Below are positions 35,175 through 44,817 of a stretch of DNA of 64,000 nt, piece by piece. The position numbers were made by a program, and so were the translations under genes. Position 1 is the first letter of the stretch. The number at the start of each line of letters is the position of its first letter. The DNA is from Acutalibacteraceae bacterium (lineage in GTDB: Bacteria > Bacillota > Clostridia > Christensenellales > UBA1242). The notes beneath the pieces were generated by a model. It was given only the letters and a program-made list of their open reading frames with translations. It was not told where the DNA came from and did no database searches. The stretch lies in NCBI GenBank assembly GCA_963602035.1, contig CAVCHC010000002.1, positions 8,649 through 72,648 of the forward strand. Direction: 5' to 3'.

Positions 35175-38100
35175 CTATTTCGTTATAAGTTTAACATTTT
35201 CTTCGCCAAGCGCCGATTTAAGTTCGCTTAAAAGCGCCTCGCTTGGGTCAACGGTAACGCCGTTGTTATAAAGTTTTCTGTCCCACTGAACAAAGGTAGC
35301 AACTCCCCCGCCCGAACTTAAAAGCAACTGCATAATCTTAGCGTGCGTTGCTGGGTCAAAAATATTATATTGAAGATAAAGCGTCTGCTTTGGCTTTTTG
35401 GCCTCTTCTTCTTGTTTAGGCGCCGCAGCCTGAACCTTTGGCTGTTCGTTATTCCAAAATTCAATACGCTCAGCAACAACGCTTGGCTTTTCACCCGTAC
35501 GGATGCTTATGCGGCCAAAAATCGTGCACATCGCGTCTTCAACCAAGTCAAGTTTAACCTTTTCATAGACCTTGTTAAACACCATAACTTCAAGGCTGCC
35601 ATAGTTGTCTTCAAGTTTAATGGCCGCCATCGGCTTGTTGCCCTGTTTGGTATAAAGTTTGCGTATTTCGCCAATCATACCGCCGCACGTCACGTTTTCG
35701 CCGTCGGTTACGCCATAGTCAAAGGTCTGTTCGCTGTCTTCACCATCGGCCGTCATCGTTTCTTCTTCGTCAGGCAAGGTGATCATACTTGAATTAAAGG
35801 TAAAGTTTTTCATCTTGTCAACAAAGTCGTCAAGCGGATGGCCTGAAATATACAGCCCCAAAACCTCTTTCTCTTTTTTAAGTTTTGTGCGCTTATCGTA
35901 TTCATAAACATTAGGGTAATCAAGCCCCGCATTGTCACTTTCGCCAAGCGTTTCAAACATAGAAAACTGGCCAAGCGCCTTGCTTTTTTGGTCTTTGGCA
36001 ACGATGTTCATCGCCTTTTCATAAACACACGCAAGCTGGCTGCGCGTTTTGCCAAAACAGTCAAACGCACCCGAAAAAATCAGGCCTTCAACAACGCGTT
36101 TATTAATGCCAAGCGGCATAGCGCGCTCCAAAAAGTCCATAAGGTCGCGGAACTTTCCGTGCGCGTCACGCTCCGCAATAATTGCCTTACAAACGTTTTC
36201 GCCGCTGCCCTTTAACGCGCTAAGACCAAACCGAATAGTCTTGCCCTCGGTTTTAAAATACGCGCCGCTTTCGTTAATGTCAGGTGGCAAAACGGGGATT
36301 TTTTCTTCTTTGCAATGCGTCACATAGTTAATTATTTCATCAATTTTGGTGATACGGTTATTCAGTACCGACGTTAAAAACTCGGCCTCATAATAGGTTT
36401 TTAAGTAGGCCGTTTGATACGCCACATACGCATACGCCGCCGAGTGTGACTTGTTAAACGCGTATTTAGCAAAGTTGGCCATTTCTTGCCAAACTTGAAT
36501 GGCAATATCCTCAGGGATTCCGCGGGCAACAGCGCCCTCAATTGGCGGGCTGACCTTTCCGTGGTCAACGATTTCGCCGCGGCCGTGCAAAAACACTTCC
36601 CTTTCGGCCTCCATCGCCTTGACCTTCTTTTTACCCATCATACGCCTTACGTTGTCGGCCTGCCCCAAAGTGTAACCCGCCATATCCTGAACGATACGCA
36701 TAACCTGCTCTTGATAAACGATACAGCCATACGTTACGTCTTCAATATGCTCCAAAATTGGGTGCGCGTACGTCACGTCTTCGGGGTGGTGCTTGTTGTG
36801 AACGTACCTTGGGATAATGTCCATTGGGCCGGGTCTAAAAAGACTGATACCCGCAATAATATCTTCAAGGCACGTCGGTTTAAGTTCTTTCATAAACTTT
36901 TGAAAGCCGCCACTTTCAAGCTGAAACACGGCCTTGGTGTTACCGCTTGCGATAAGCTTAAACACCTCAGGGTCGTCATAGTTCATCTTATCAAAATCGA
37001 TGTGAACGCCGTGATTTTCTTCAATATATTTAATCGCCGTTGTTATATCGTTTAAGTTTCTAAGCCCCAAAAAGTCCATCTTCATGTGGCCAAGACGCTC
37101 CATATCAACGCCAACAAACTGAGTGGTTATATCCTCGCCGTTTCGGCTTAACGGGATAATGTCGCCAAGTTTAAACGGGCTAACGATAACGCCGCACGCG
37201 TGGGTTGACGTCTGCCTTGGCGCGTCTTCAACCTTGCTTGCGATGTCAACAAGCCGCTTTATCTGTGGGTCGCGATACATCTCAACAAGTTCAGGCACTG
37301 AATAGTCAACGCCATAATCTTTGTCGCCCTCTTTGGCGTGATAAAGCCCAAAAACCTTTTTAATTATCTGCGGCTTGGTTACAGTGTTTGGCATAAGTTT
37401 GGTAATCTTGTCGCCCTCGCTGTAAGGCATACCAAGAACGCGGCCTACGTCTTTTATGGCGTTTTTAGCGGCCATCGTGCCAAACGTTATGATTTTTGCA
37501 ACGTGGTCTGGCCCATATTTTTGTTTAACGTATTCGATAACTTCTTCACGTCTATCGTCAGAAAAGTCAATATCAAAGTCAGGCGCCGAAACACGCTCGT
37601 TATGCAAAAATCGCTCAAAAAGCAGGTCATATTTAAGCGGGTTAACGCTTGTTATGCCAATCGCGTACGCAACAACGCTTCCCGCGCCCGAACCACGCCC
37701 GGGGCCAACGGGTATGCCCATCTCTCGCGCCGCATTGATATAGTCGCGGACGGTAAGAAAATAGTTAACAAACCCCTTGTTAATAATTAACTCTTTCTCT
37801 TTTTCGATACGCGCGCGAATTTCAGGCGTAACCGTGCCATAGCGCTTGATTAGCCCGGCCTCCAAAAGTTCGTTAAAATAGTCAAGATTATCCTTGCCAT
37901 CAGGCGCGTGATAGTCAGGAAAGTTATAGTGGTTTTTATCAAGATACTCAAAAACAACGTCGCACTTATCAGCAATCTCGTTAGTGTTTAAAATCGCGTC
38001 TTCATCATCAGGCAGCGCTTTAAGCATCTCGTCATAACTTTTAAGATAAAACTCGTCGTTTTCAAACTTTAATCGGTTTGGGTCGTCAAGCGTTTTGCCC

Positions 38101-38774
38101 ATCTGGACGCACATCAAAACGTCTTGCGCCTCAGCGTCCTCACGATAGATGTAATGCACGTCATTAGTCGCGATTTTTTTGATGTTATATTTTTTCGCAA
38201 ATTCCCTAAGATACGGGTTAACAAGCCTTTCAATATCAAGGCCGTGGTTTTGAAGTTCGATATAAAAGTCGTCGCCAAAAACCTCTTTAAACCACAAAAC
38301 TTGCTCCTCGGCGCCCTTAATATCGCCCTCAGCAATAAGCCTTGAAACCGTGCCCGCAACGCACGCCGTTGTGCAGATAAGCCCCGCGCTGTGCTCTTTA
38401 AGCGTTGGATAGTCTATGCGCGCCTTGCCATAATAATAGCCATCAGTAAAGCCAATCGTGTTAAGCTTTGAAAGGTTATAAAACCCCTCTTGGTTTTTGG
38501 CGATAAGAATAAGGTGGTCAGCGCGCTGCCTGCCCTGCTTTACGCGCAAATCTTCTGCAACATAAAACTCACAGCCCAGTATCGGCTTTATCCCCTGCGC
38601 GTGGCACTCGTCATAAAACGGGATGGTGCCATACATATTTCCGTGGTCAGTCATCGCAACGGCCGTCATCCCCATCTCTTTGCAGGTTTTAACAAGTTTG
38701 CCAATGCGCGCGAACCCGTCAAGCAGGCTATATTCTGTGTGAACGTGTAAGTGAACAAAATTTTTATCCATCAT
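35175..38774 (-). CDS. dnaE: DNA polymerase III alpha subunit (DnaE type)
   Basis: It has an N-terminal PHP domain (HLHVHTEYSLLDG), a polymerase core and OB fold, and is 1199 aa long. Confidence 0.95.
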   Translation of the reverse strand: MMDKNFVHLHVHTEYSLLDGFARIGKLVKTCKEMGMTAVAMTDHGNMYGTIPFYDECHAQGIKPILGCEFYVAEDLRVKQGRQRADHLILIAKNQEGFYNLSKLNTIGFTDGYYYGKARIDYPTLKEHSAGLICTTACVAGTVSRLIAEGDIKGAEEQVLWFKEVFGDDFYIELQNHGLDIERLVNPYLREFAKKYNIKKIATNDVHYIYREDAEAQDVLMCVQMGKTLDDPNRLKFENDEFYLKSYDEMLKALPDDEDAILNTNEIADKCDVVFEYLDKNHYNFPDYHAPDGKDNLDYFNELLEAGLIKRYGTVTPEIRARIEKEKELIINKGFVNYFLTVRDYINAAREMGIPVGPGRGSGAGSVVAYAIGITSVNPLKYDLLFERFLHNERVSAPDFDIDFSDDRREEVIEYVKQKYGPDHVAKIITFGTMAAKNAIKDVGRVLGMPYSEGDKITKLMPNTVTKPQIIKKVFGLYHAKEGDKDYGVDYSVPELVEMYRDPQIKRLVDIASKVEDAPRQTSTHACGVIVSPFKLGDIIPLSRNGEDITTQFVGVDMERLGHMKMDFLGLRNLNDITTAIKYIEENHGVHIDFDKMNYDDPEVFKLIASGNTKAVFQLESGGFQKFMKELKPTCLEDIIAGISLFRPGPMDIIPRYVHNKHHPEDVTYAHPILEHIEDVTYGCIVYQEQVMRIVQDMAGYTLGQADNVRRMMGKKKVKAMEAEREVFLHGRGEIVDHGKVSPPIEGAVARGIPEDIAIQVWQEMANFAKYAFNKSHSAAYAYVAYQTAYLKTYYEAEFLTSVLNNRITKIDEIINYVTHCKEEKIPVLPPDINESGAYFKTEGKTIRFGLSALKGSGENVCKAIIAERDAHGKFRDLMDFLERAMPLGINKRVVEGLIFSGAFDCFGKTRSQLACVYEKAMNIVAKDQKSKALGQFSMFETLGESDNAGLDYPNVYEYDKRTKLKKEKEVLGLYISGHPLDDFVDKMKNFTFNSSMITLPDEEETMTADGEDSEQTFDYGVTDGENVTCGGMIGEIRKLYTKQGNKPMAAIKLEDNYGSLEVMVFNKVYEKVKLDLVEDAMCTIFGRISIRTGEKPSVVAERIEFWNNEQPKVQAAAPKQEEEAKKPKQTLYLQYNIFDPATHAKIMQLLLSSGGGVATFVQWDRKLYNNGVTVDPSEALLSELKSALGEENVKLITK

Positions 38775-39717
38775 TTTCTCCTAAGTCTTTGGCGATTTGA
38801 ATAAGTTTTTTAAGCCTTAAACTTACCGCCACCCGCGTCAAATTTCCGCCCAAAATCTCGGCGAGCTCCGCTAGGCTCGCCTCGGGGTTATCTATCCTTG
38901 CCCGCGCCACCTCATAAAGGTTAGCGGGGAGGTTGCCTATCCCAAGCGTACTGTCAATCTGCTCAATCGCCTGCATCTGCTTAACGCTTGCAGACACCGT
39001 TTTGTCAAGATTAGCGCTTGCACAATTGCTTTGACGGTTAATGTTGTTTCTAACCGCGCGCTCAACCTTTTTGTTTTCAAGGCTAAGCATACTTGCAACC
39101 GCGCCAAGGTGGCCAAGCGCCAGGCTTATCGCGTCGCTCCCTTTGATATAAACAACAAAACTTGTGCCCCGCTCAATCATCTTTGAAATTATGTCAAGTT
39201 CGCCTAAAAAAGCGCATATGTCCTCAGCGCGCTCAATATTTGTGCACACCCATTCCATATGATACCCCGATTTGTTCCCTTCCGTTGGGACTGAGATTGA
39301 CCCCGCGCCAACAAACGCCCCCGCCAAAAACGCCTTTTTACAGTTATCGTCAACGATAAGGTGCCTGTCAAGCGTTGGGCTTATTTCAAGCTCGCCATTT
39401 TTGTCAAACCGCGTTATGCCAAGTTGACGCAAAATGTCTGCCCCAACCTCGCCAACCGCCAGTTCGTACTTCGTTTTCGCGCCGTCAAGCCCCGTGATTT
39501 TAAGCGCTCTTTCGTCAATTTGAAAAGCGGTTTGAAGCTGAGTTTTAAACGCCTCTAAAAATTTGGCATTTTCACTTGTTAACGAAAATGACAATTTTCT
39601 GTTAGCAACCACCAAACTCCCTGCGGACAAAATCTCGCCCGCAATCATGCAAAATAACGCGTCAGTGTCACGCGGTTTGCTTAAAATCTCAGTTTTAACA
39701 GCATTTGAATACGACAT
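38764..39717 (-). CDS. whiA: Sporulation/cell-division regulator WhiA
   Basis: It has the degenerate LAGLIDADG-like WhiA architecture with a C-terminal HTH (LAELAEILGGNLTRVAVSLRLKKL). Confidence 0.9.
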   Translation of the reverse strand: MSYSNAVKTEILSKPRDTDALFCMIAGEILSAGSLVVANRKLSFSLTSENAKFLEAFKTQLQTAFQIDERALKITGLDGAKTKYELAVGEVGADILRQLGITRFDKNGELEISPTLDRHLIVDDNCKKAFLAGAFVGAGSISVPTEGNKSGYHMEWVCTNIERAEDICAFLGELDIISKMIERGTSFVVYIKGSDAISLALGHLGAVASMLSLENKKVERAVRNNINRQSNCASANLDKTVSASVKQMQAIEQIDSTLGIGNLPANLYEVARARIDNPEASLAELAEILGGNLTRVAVSLRLKKLIQIAKDLGENDG

Positions 39718-39772
39718 ACTTTACCTTTTGTTTTTAGTTTCCAATATAATTAAAATTATTGAAAGATGTGCC

Positions 39773-39913
39773 TGTCATCACGAGGAGCGTTAGCGACGTG
39801 GTGATCCCCTTGTAAGAGGTGCATACCCCATTAAACAGGCTCCGCCCCCTTGGGGGAGGATGGTCGCAGTGAAGCGTGGAGCGACACCAGACAGAGGGGG
39901 GGTCTAAGTCCGC
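39773..39913. repeat. Mosaic repeat R6 (P unit + GC module), colinear with 6311-6447
   Basis: P unit 39773-39809, GC module 39840-39902, and a shared TAAGTCCGC end. It lies between the PHP gene and whiA. Confidence 0.85.
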
Positions 39914-39919
39914 TTCCAC

Positions 39920-40744
39920 TTATTTCTTTCTCATCTTTTTTGGCACGTAATCGGTGCCGAAATTAACTATCCTTTCGTGCGGAATGTTATATTTTTCAAC
40001 TTGCGCCAAGGCATTATCAACGCTAGCCACGCGGTCTTTTCGGTGCGCGTCGCTGCTTATTATAAACTTAACTGGCGTTTCAAGCATTTCTTGCATCTGC
40101 TTGTCAGTAAACCTAAAATGGCGCGTGTTAATTTCAATCAACGTGTCCGTTTTGGCGCACGCCTCCGCCACCCGCTTACAGTCAACTTGGATGTATTCAC
40201 AAAGGTGCGTGATAAAATCAACGTCATAGCGATTAACCAAGTTTATATACGCCTGCGTCTGCCTTTCTATCTGCGCCTTGGTTTTAGGGAAAAGGCCAAA
40301 CGGCTTGATGATGTTGTTAATCGTCCCGCGGTGATAGCCAACGATCAAAAGGTCAAGCGTGTCAATCTCTTTTTGCGTTAAATCAATCTTGCCATCGCGC
40401 CCGATAAGGTTGGCTTCAATGCCAAGATACACGCGTTTTAACTGGCCTTTTTGGTTAATTTTGTCAATCTCAACAAGTGCCCTTTCATCTGCGCTTTCGG
40501 TGCTTGCTTCTTGACTTTTGCCCGCCGTGACAGTCGTATTGTTAATCTCGTCAATCTCAACGCGCGCCTTTTTGATGTTTTTGCGACGTATGCCAAACGC
40601 AAGGTGCCTTGGGCCGTGGTCAGTTATCGCAAGAAAAGACAAGCCCTTATCTTTTGCCGCCTCAACCATCTCGGCGATGGTGTTTTTTCCGTGGTTAAAT
40701 TTGCTGTATTTACTGTGGGTGTGATAATCTCCCGTTATTGTCAT
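39920..40744 (-). CDS. PHP-domain metal-dependent phosphoesterase
   Basis: Motifs present are GDYHTHSKYS, AITDHGP and SSDAH. Confidence 0.7.
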   Translation of the reverse strand: MTITGDYHTHSKYSKFNHGKNTIAEMVEAAKDKGLSFLAITDHGPRHLAFGIRRKNIKKARVEIDEINNTTVTAGKSQEASTESADERALVEIDKINQKGQLKRVYLGIEANLIGRDGKIDLTQKEIDTLDLLIVGYHRGTINNIIKPFGLFPKTKAQIERQTQAYINLVNRYDVDFITHLCEYIQVDCKRVAEACAKTDTLIEINTRHFRFTDKQMQEMLETPVKFIISSDAHRKDRVASVDNALAQVEKYNIPHERIVNFGTDYVPKKMRKK

Positions 40745-41642
40745 CGATTTCTCCTTTGATTAAAACCTCTAAGGTAAGTTCAAGGCCGAATTTAAGTTTG
40801 ACCTCGTCACGAATGATTTCAATCAGTTTTAGTATGTCTGCGCAGGTCGCCCCGCCCGTGTTTACGATAAAATTTGCGTGAATTTCGCTTACTTTTGCGC
40901 CGCCAACGCTAAGGCCTTTAAGCCCCGCCTGGTCAATAAGAAACCCCGCGGGGAAGTTTTCAGTTCGCTTAAATATGCACCCCGCTGACGGCTCTTTGGG
41001 CTGGGTTTTATCTCTTCGCTCAAAAAATTCTTTCATTTGGCCGATAATTTCAGGCTTGCTTTTGCGTTCAAGATTAAGTTCAACTTTAACAACAACGTCG
41101 CCCGCGTTCAGTCCCGCCGAGTGATACGAAAAGCCGCATTCGCTTGGTTTAAGCCTAACAATTTCGGTTCCGCGCACCACCCAAACGGCCTGAATTACGT
41201 CCGCCAAACTGTGTCCAAACGCGCCCGCATTACACGCCGTTGCGCCCCCAATTCGCGCGGGGATGCCAACCGCCCATTCAAGCCCCGAAAGGTTGTTGTT
41301 TGTTGCGATTTGAAGCGCCCGCGAAAGCCGCTCGCCCGCCAAAACCGTAAGTTTGGTTCCGCTTACGCGCGCGTGGCCAACAAGGTTCTCAGTTGAAATA
41401 ACAACTCCTCTAAACCCCGCGTCGCTAAACAGCACGTTGCTGCCCCCGCCAAGCACAAAATAGTTAAGGCCATGTGCGCTAACAAAGTTCAGCACGCGCC
41501 TAAGCTCGGCAACCGAATTCGGGCAAACAAACCAATCAGCCGCGCCGCCAACCCCCATCGTGGTGTAGCGCGAAAGTGGTTCAGTTAGTTTAACGCGCGC
41601 AGGACTTATAACCCTTGCCCAGTCTTTAATTGTAACACCCAT
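40710..41642 (-). CDS. murB: UDP-N-acetylenolpyruvoylglucosamine reductase
   Basis: It has LSRYTTMGVGGAADWF, an FAD-binding domain and the MurB C-terminal domain. Confidence 0.9.
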   Translation of the reverse strand: MGVTIKDWARVISPARVKLTEPLSRYTTMGVGGAADWFVCPNSVAELRRVLNFVSAHGLNYFVLGGGSNVLFSDAGFRGVVISTENLVGHARVSGTKLTVLAGERLSRALQIATNNNLSGLEWAVGIPARIGGATACNAGAFGHSLADVIQAVWVVRGTEIVRLKPSECGFSYHSAGLNAGDVVVKVELNLERKSKPEIIGQMKEFFERRDKTQPKEPSAGCIFKRTENFPAGFLIDQAGLKGLSVGGAKVSEIHANFIVNTGGATCADILKLIEIIRDEVKLKFGLELTLEVLIKGEIDDNNGRLSHPQ

Positions 41643-41705
41643 AGTTTACCCCATTTTTACGATATTTTCAATCTTTTAAGCCCATCTTGAAAAATTTTTT
41701 TGTTT

Positions 41706-42785
41706 TTATCCAAAAAGTTTAAGCGGAACGATATTTTCAGCCTGCTTTTCGATAATTTTAAGCGCCCCGCTTTCGTGCACATTTTTTGTAGTTGGGCTAA
41801 GCAGCCCCAGCCCCGCCACCTTAGTTTGAACGGCTTCGCTTAAAACAAACTCGATGTATTTATTCGCCGCCGCGCGCTCTTTATCAGTGTTAGATTTATC
41901 CGCGCCCAAAAAGCAAACCATATCCGTAAAGTGCCCAAGCGCCTCGAAATACACATCCTCAACCGCGCCCGTTAAAACCTTGTTTTCAAGGCGTATTACG
42001 TCTCGCATAGTACCCGCCAAAATCGCGGCGTCGCCCGTTAAAAACTTGCAGTACGCGTCATAGGTTGAAAGTTTTTCGCAGCCTGCGAATATGCCTAACT
42101 CGCCCGCCGCATCAAACCCGTCAAGCGCCCTTAAATTCAAAAGCGCAGTCACTTCACCCGCGCCGCCATAAACGCACGAATAAATCTTTTTCTCTTTTTT
42201 GCGCAGCTTTTTAATTTGCCCCGAGCTAAACATAACGCTTGAAAGGCTTGACACGCTTTCGTGCATTTCAACATTTTTGCCAACCGTAAGCGCAACATAA
42301 ACCGAATACGCAAACGGAACGGCCAGCCTTGTTTCGCCTTTATCCCCCACCGTTTTAAAGGTCTCGCGCAGATTAATGTTAAGCGAGTTTAGGTTAGACA
42401 GCCTCTCTAAAAGCGCAGTTTCGGCGCCCTTTGAAAAGCTGTAAAGGTGCGCGCGCTTGCCTTGGTTTAGCTGGTTTAAAAACTCGTCAAGGCTAAACTC
42501 TTTTATCAAAACAAACACGCCGGGGTACTTTTTTTCAAACTCAATCGCCCGATTTTCAAGCCACCGCGCACGTGAAATGCGGCCGCCCTCAAACGTCTCA
42601 ACGTGCCAAAGTTCAAGAATTTCGCTTGCAGTTTCTCGCGCACCGCCAAAGTTATCGTTTATCGCATTTTCGCCGGTTTTGAATTCAAGTTTAGGCACAA
42701 AAATAGCGCCGCACACCACGCACGTCACCGCCAAAACCCACCCCAAAACCTTAAAAACCGCTTTAACTTTTTTCACCGCGCCCAC
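41706..42785 (-). CDS. Membrane-anchored hypothetical protein (possibly solute-binding-protein-like fold)
   Basis: It has a single N-terminal TM segment followed by an extracytoplasmic domain. Only a weak resemblance to family-1 SBPs. Confidence 0.4.
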   Translation of the reverse strand: MGAVKKVKAVFKVLGWVLAVTCVVCGAIFVPKLEFKTGENAINDNFGGARETASEILELWHVETFEGGRISRARWLENRAIEFEKKYPGVFVLIKEFSLDEFLNQLNQGKRAHLYSFSKGAETALLERLSNLNSLNINLRETFKTVGDKGETRLAVPFAYSVYVALTVGKNVEMHESVSSLSSVMFSSGQIKKLRKKEKKIYSCVYGGAGEVTALLNLRALDGFDAAGELGIFAGCEKLSTYDAYCKFLTGDAAILAGTMRDVIRLENKVLTGAVEDVYFEALGHFTDMVCFLGADKSNTDKERAAANKYIEFVLSEAVQTKVAGLGLLSPTTKNVHESGALKIIEKQAENIVPLKLFG

Positions 42786-43073
42786 CTTTATTTCTATCTA
42801 TTATCGCTATTTTTGCTGACTAACCCGCACTCGTTTTAGCCTATTTTTACGCCTTAACCCGAACTAATTATAGTCCATCGTTCGCGCCCTAACCCGCGCT
42901 GGTTTTGCCCGACCCGCACCAGTTTTGTCAAACTTTACGCACCGCCAACTTCGCCACCAACCCGCCCTAGCCTTAACTTTTATTAAATCATACTCGCGCG
43001 TCATCAAAAAAATAACAAAAAAACCACTTCAAGCGATTACCTCAAAGTGGATTAATTTCAATTTTTATTCGTA

Positions 43074-44507
43074 TTAGTTCGCGCTTACAACCAACACAAC
43101 GTTAGCGTACGCCGTGGTCTGCAAGTCGCCATTTCGGTCAAAAACCTTAACATACAGGCGATACACGCCCTCTTGCGTCGCGTTCAGTTCGCTTGCCAAA
43201 ACGTATTTGCCCGCGGCCGAATTGTATTTAAGTTTCTGCGCCCTGAAATTGGCTATCGTCATTTGCGCTGACTCACTTACAGCGCTCTCCCACGTCTCAT
43301 TGTGCGCACCGCTTGCTGCGATTTCAAGCTTGGTGCGGTGCTCAAACCCATAGGTCACCTTCGCGTCGTCAGGCAAACTTTCGCTTATAACAAAACACAG
43401 TGTGCCCGTCTCTTTTGACGTGAAAACAACGCCAAAATTCAAGGTGTTTGCGCGGTTTATCGCCGTCTGCGCCCTAAGTTTATAGTTAACGTTAATCAGG
43501 TTAATCTCAACCGTCGTGCTGCCAACAATCGTCATCGTGCTTTCGCCCGTGGCGGCCGTTTCTTCAACAAACAACTCGATTTTAAGGCTGTACTTGCCAT
43601 CCGCGATAACGTTATACGGAATATTAAGGCTCAGGCAAATGTTGCTTTCAGCCGTGGTGTTAAACGCGAAACGCTTGGTTTTGTCCCAATCGTCGCCAAC
43701 CTTATTGTCATCACTTGCGGTCGTACCGCTAAAAAGTTCAACCTTAGCGTCCTGCGGAATGCCCGTCGCGCCAACAAACGATACTCTTACCCCGCGCCCC
43801 TTTTGGCTAAGGCTTGTGTCAAGCGCACCGTTTGGCTTGATATTGACGCTGATAAGCTCGTTCGTTTGGGTATAAAGTTTGCTGTTTTGCGCCGCTGCCG
43901 ACACCGTAAATTGCGTGCTTACCGCTGAAAAAGTAAGCGCCTTGCTCCAAACCGCCGAACTTGCGCCGTTAACCTTGCGCGTCAGTTTAATTTTGTATGA
44001 CCCCGCCGTAAGCGTGCTTGAACTTGGCAAAGAGATTGAAAATTGCAATGCCTCATTAGCCGTCTGCCCCGCCGTATAGCCCGCCGAAAAAATCTCGCCG
44101 CCATACGTGAAATCGGCCACGTCAATGTTGTTTTCAGCGCTTGCGTTGCTGTATCTATAAATCTTAGATTTGCCCGCGCCGCCCGTGCCGAAATCGATTA
44201 AGTCAAAATACGTTTCTTTCGGGAAGTTGACGCCCGTGCCACTCGCGTTTTCAAGCGACAAAACATACGTCACGCCCGTCTGCGCCGTCCACGACCCATA
44301 AAATTTAACGGTAAACGCGCCATTGGTCGCCACTGACGAGTCCGCGCCCGACGTCAACTCGCTTGACTGCGCCCCGTTTTTAACATATACCGTAGATAGG
44401 TCAGCCGCCGCCACCTTCGCGCCGCCAACCGCAAACAAAGAAAGGCTTAAAATAAAAGCCAAAACAAACCCAATCGCCTTTACTACACTACCCTTCCCAC
44501 TTTTCAT
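43074..44507 (-). CDS. Secreted hypothetical protein, beta-rich
   Basis: It has a signal peptide (…FAVGGAKVAAA-D) and a Ser/Thr/Ala/Val-rich body with no recognisable motif. Confidence 0.45.
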   Translation of the reverse strand: MKSGKGSVVKAIGFVLAFILSLSLFAVGGAKVAAADLSTVYVKNGAQSSELTSGADSSVATNGAFTVKFYGSWTAQTGVTYVLSLENASGTGVNFPKETYFDLIDFGTGGAGKSKIYRYSNASAENNIDVADFTYGGEIFSAGYTAGQTANEALQFSISLPSSSTLTAGSYKIKLTRKVNGASSAVWSKALTFSAVSTQFTVSAAAQNSKLYTQTNELISVNIKPNGALDTSLSQKGRGVRVSFVGATGIPQDAKVELFSGTTASDDNKVGDDWDKTKRFAFNTTAESNICLSLNIPYNVIADGKYSLKIELFVEETAATGESTMTIVGSTTVEINLINVNYKLRAQTAINRANTLNFGVVFTSKETGTLCFVISESLPDDAKVTYGFEHRTKLEIAASGAHNETWESAVSESAQMTIANFRAQKLKYNSAAGKYVLASELNATQEGVYRLYVKVFDRNGDLQTTAYANVVLVVSAN

Positions 44508-44680
44508 ATCAAATTAATTATACCCTTCTTCAAAAACCCTGTCAAACAATTTAGCCCAAAATCTAATTATTATCTTCCCGCTTTTAGTATGTGTTCAAAA
44601 ACACCTTTTAATAAACACGCCAACTAATTTGACCTAAAAAAGCATAAAAAAAGCACCTTAATTTCGGCGCCAAAGAAACA

Positions 44681-44725
44681 TTATTTAACTTTGCCTATGA
44701 AAATTTTAACATTCCCCTTTTTCAT
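44681..44725 (-). CDS. Candidate 14-codon micro-ORF (MKKGNVKIFIGKVK)
   Basis: AAAGGAGA lies 6 nt upstream of the ATG. A short hairpin plus U-run (44646-44671) follows. It lies upstream of, and on the same strand as, 43074..44507. Confidence 0.2.
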   Translation of the reverse strand: MKKGNVKIFIGKVK

Positions 44726-44817
44726 TGCTTTCTCCTTTAGGAAAAGATACAACCATATCTTATCTTATTCGACAATATTTGTCAAACTTTTTACACAACA
44801 AATTTGCACAAATATTT

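Noticed and set aside
39734-39919. 61-aa ORF (…WCRSTLHCDHPPPRGRSLFNGV…)
   Set aside because: It is a translation of repeat R6 (GC module plus P unit) with no RBS. It is a repeat-derived artefact.
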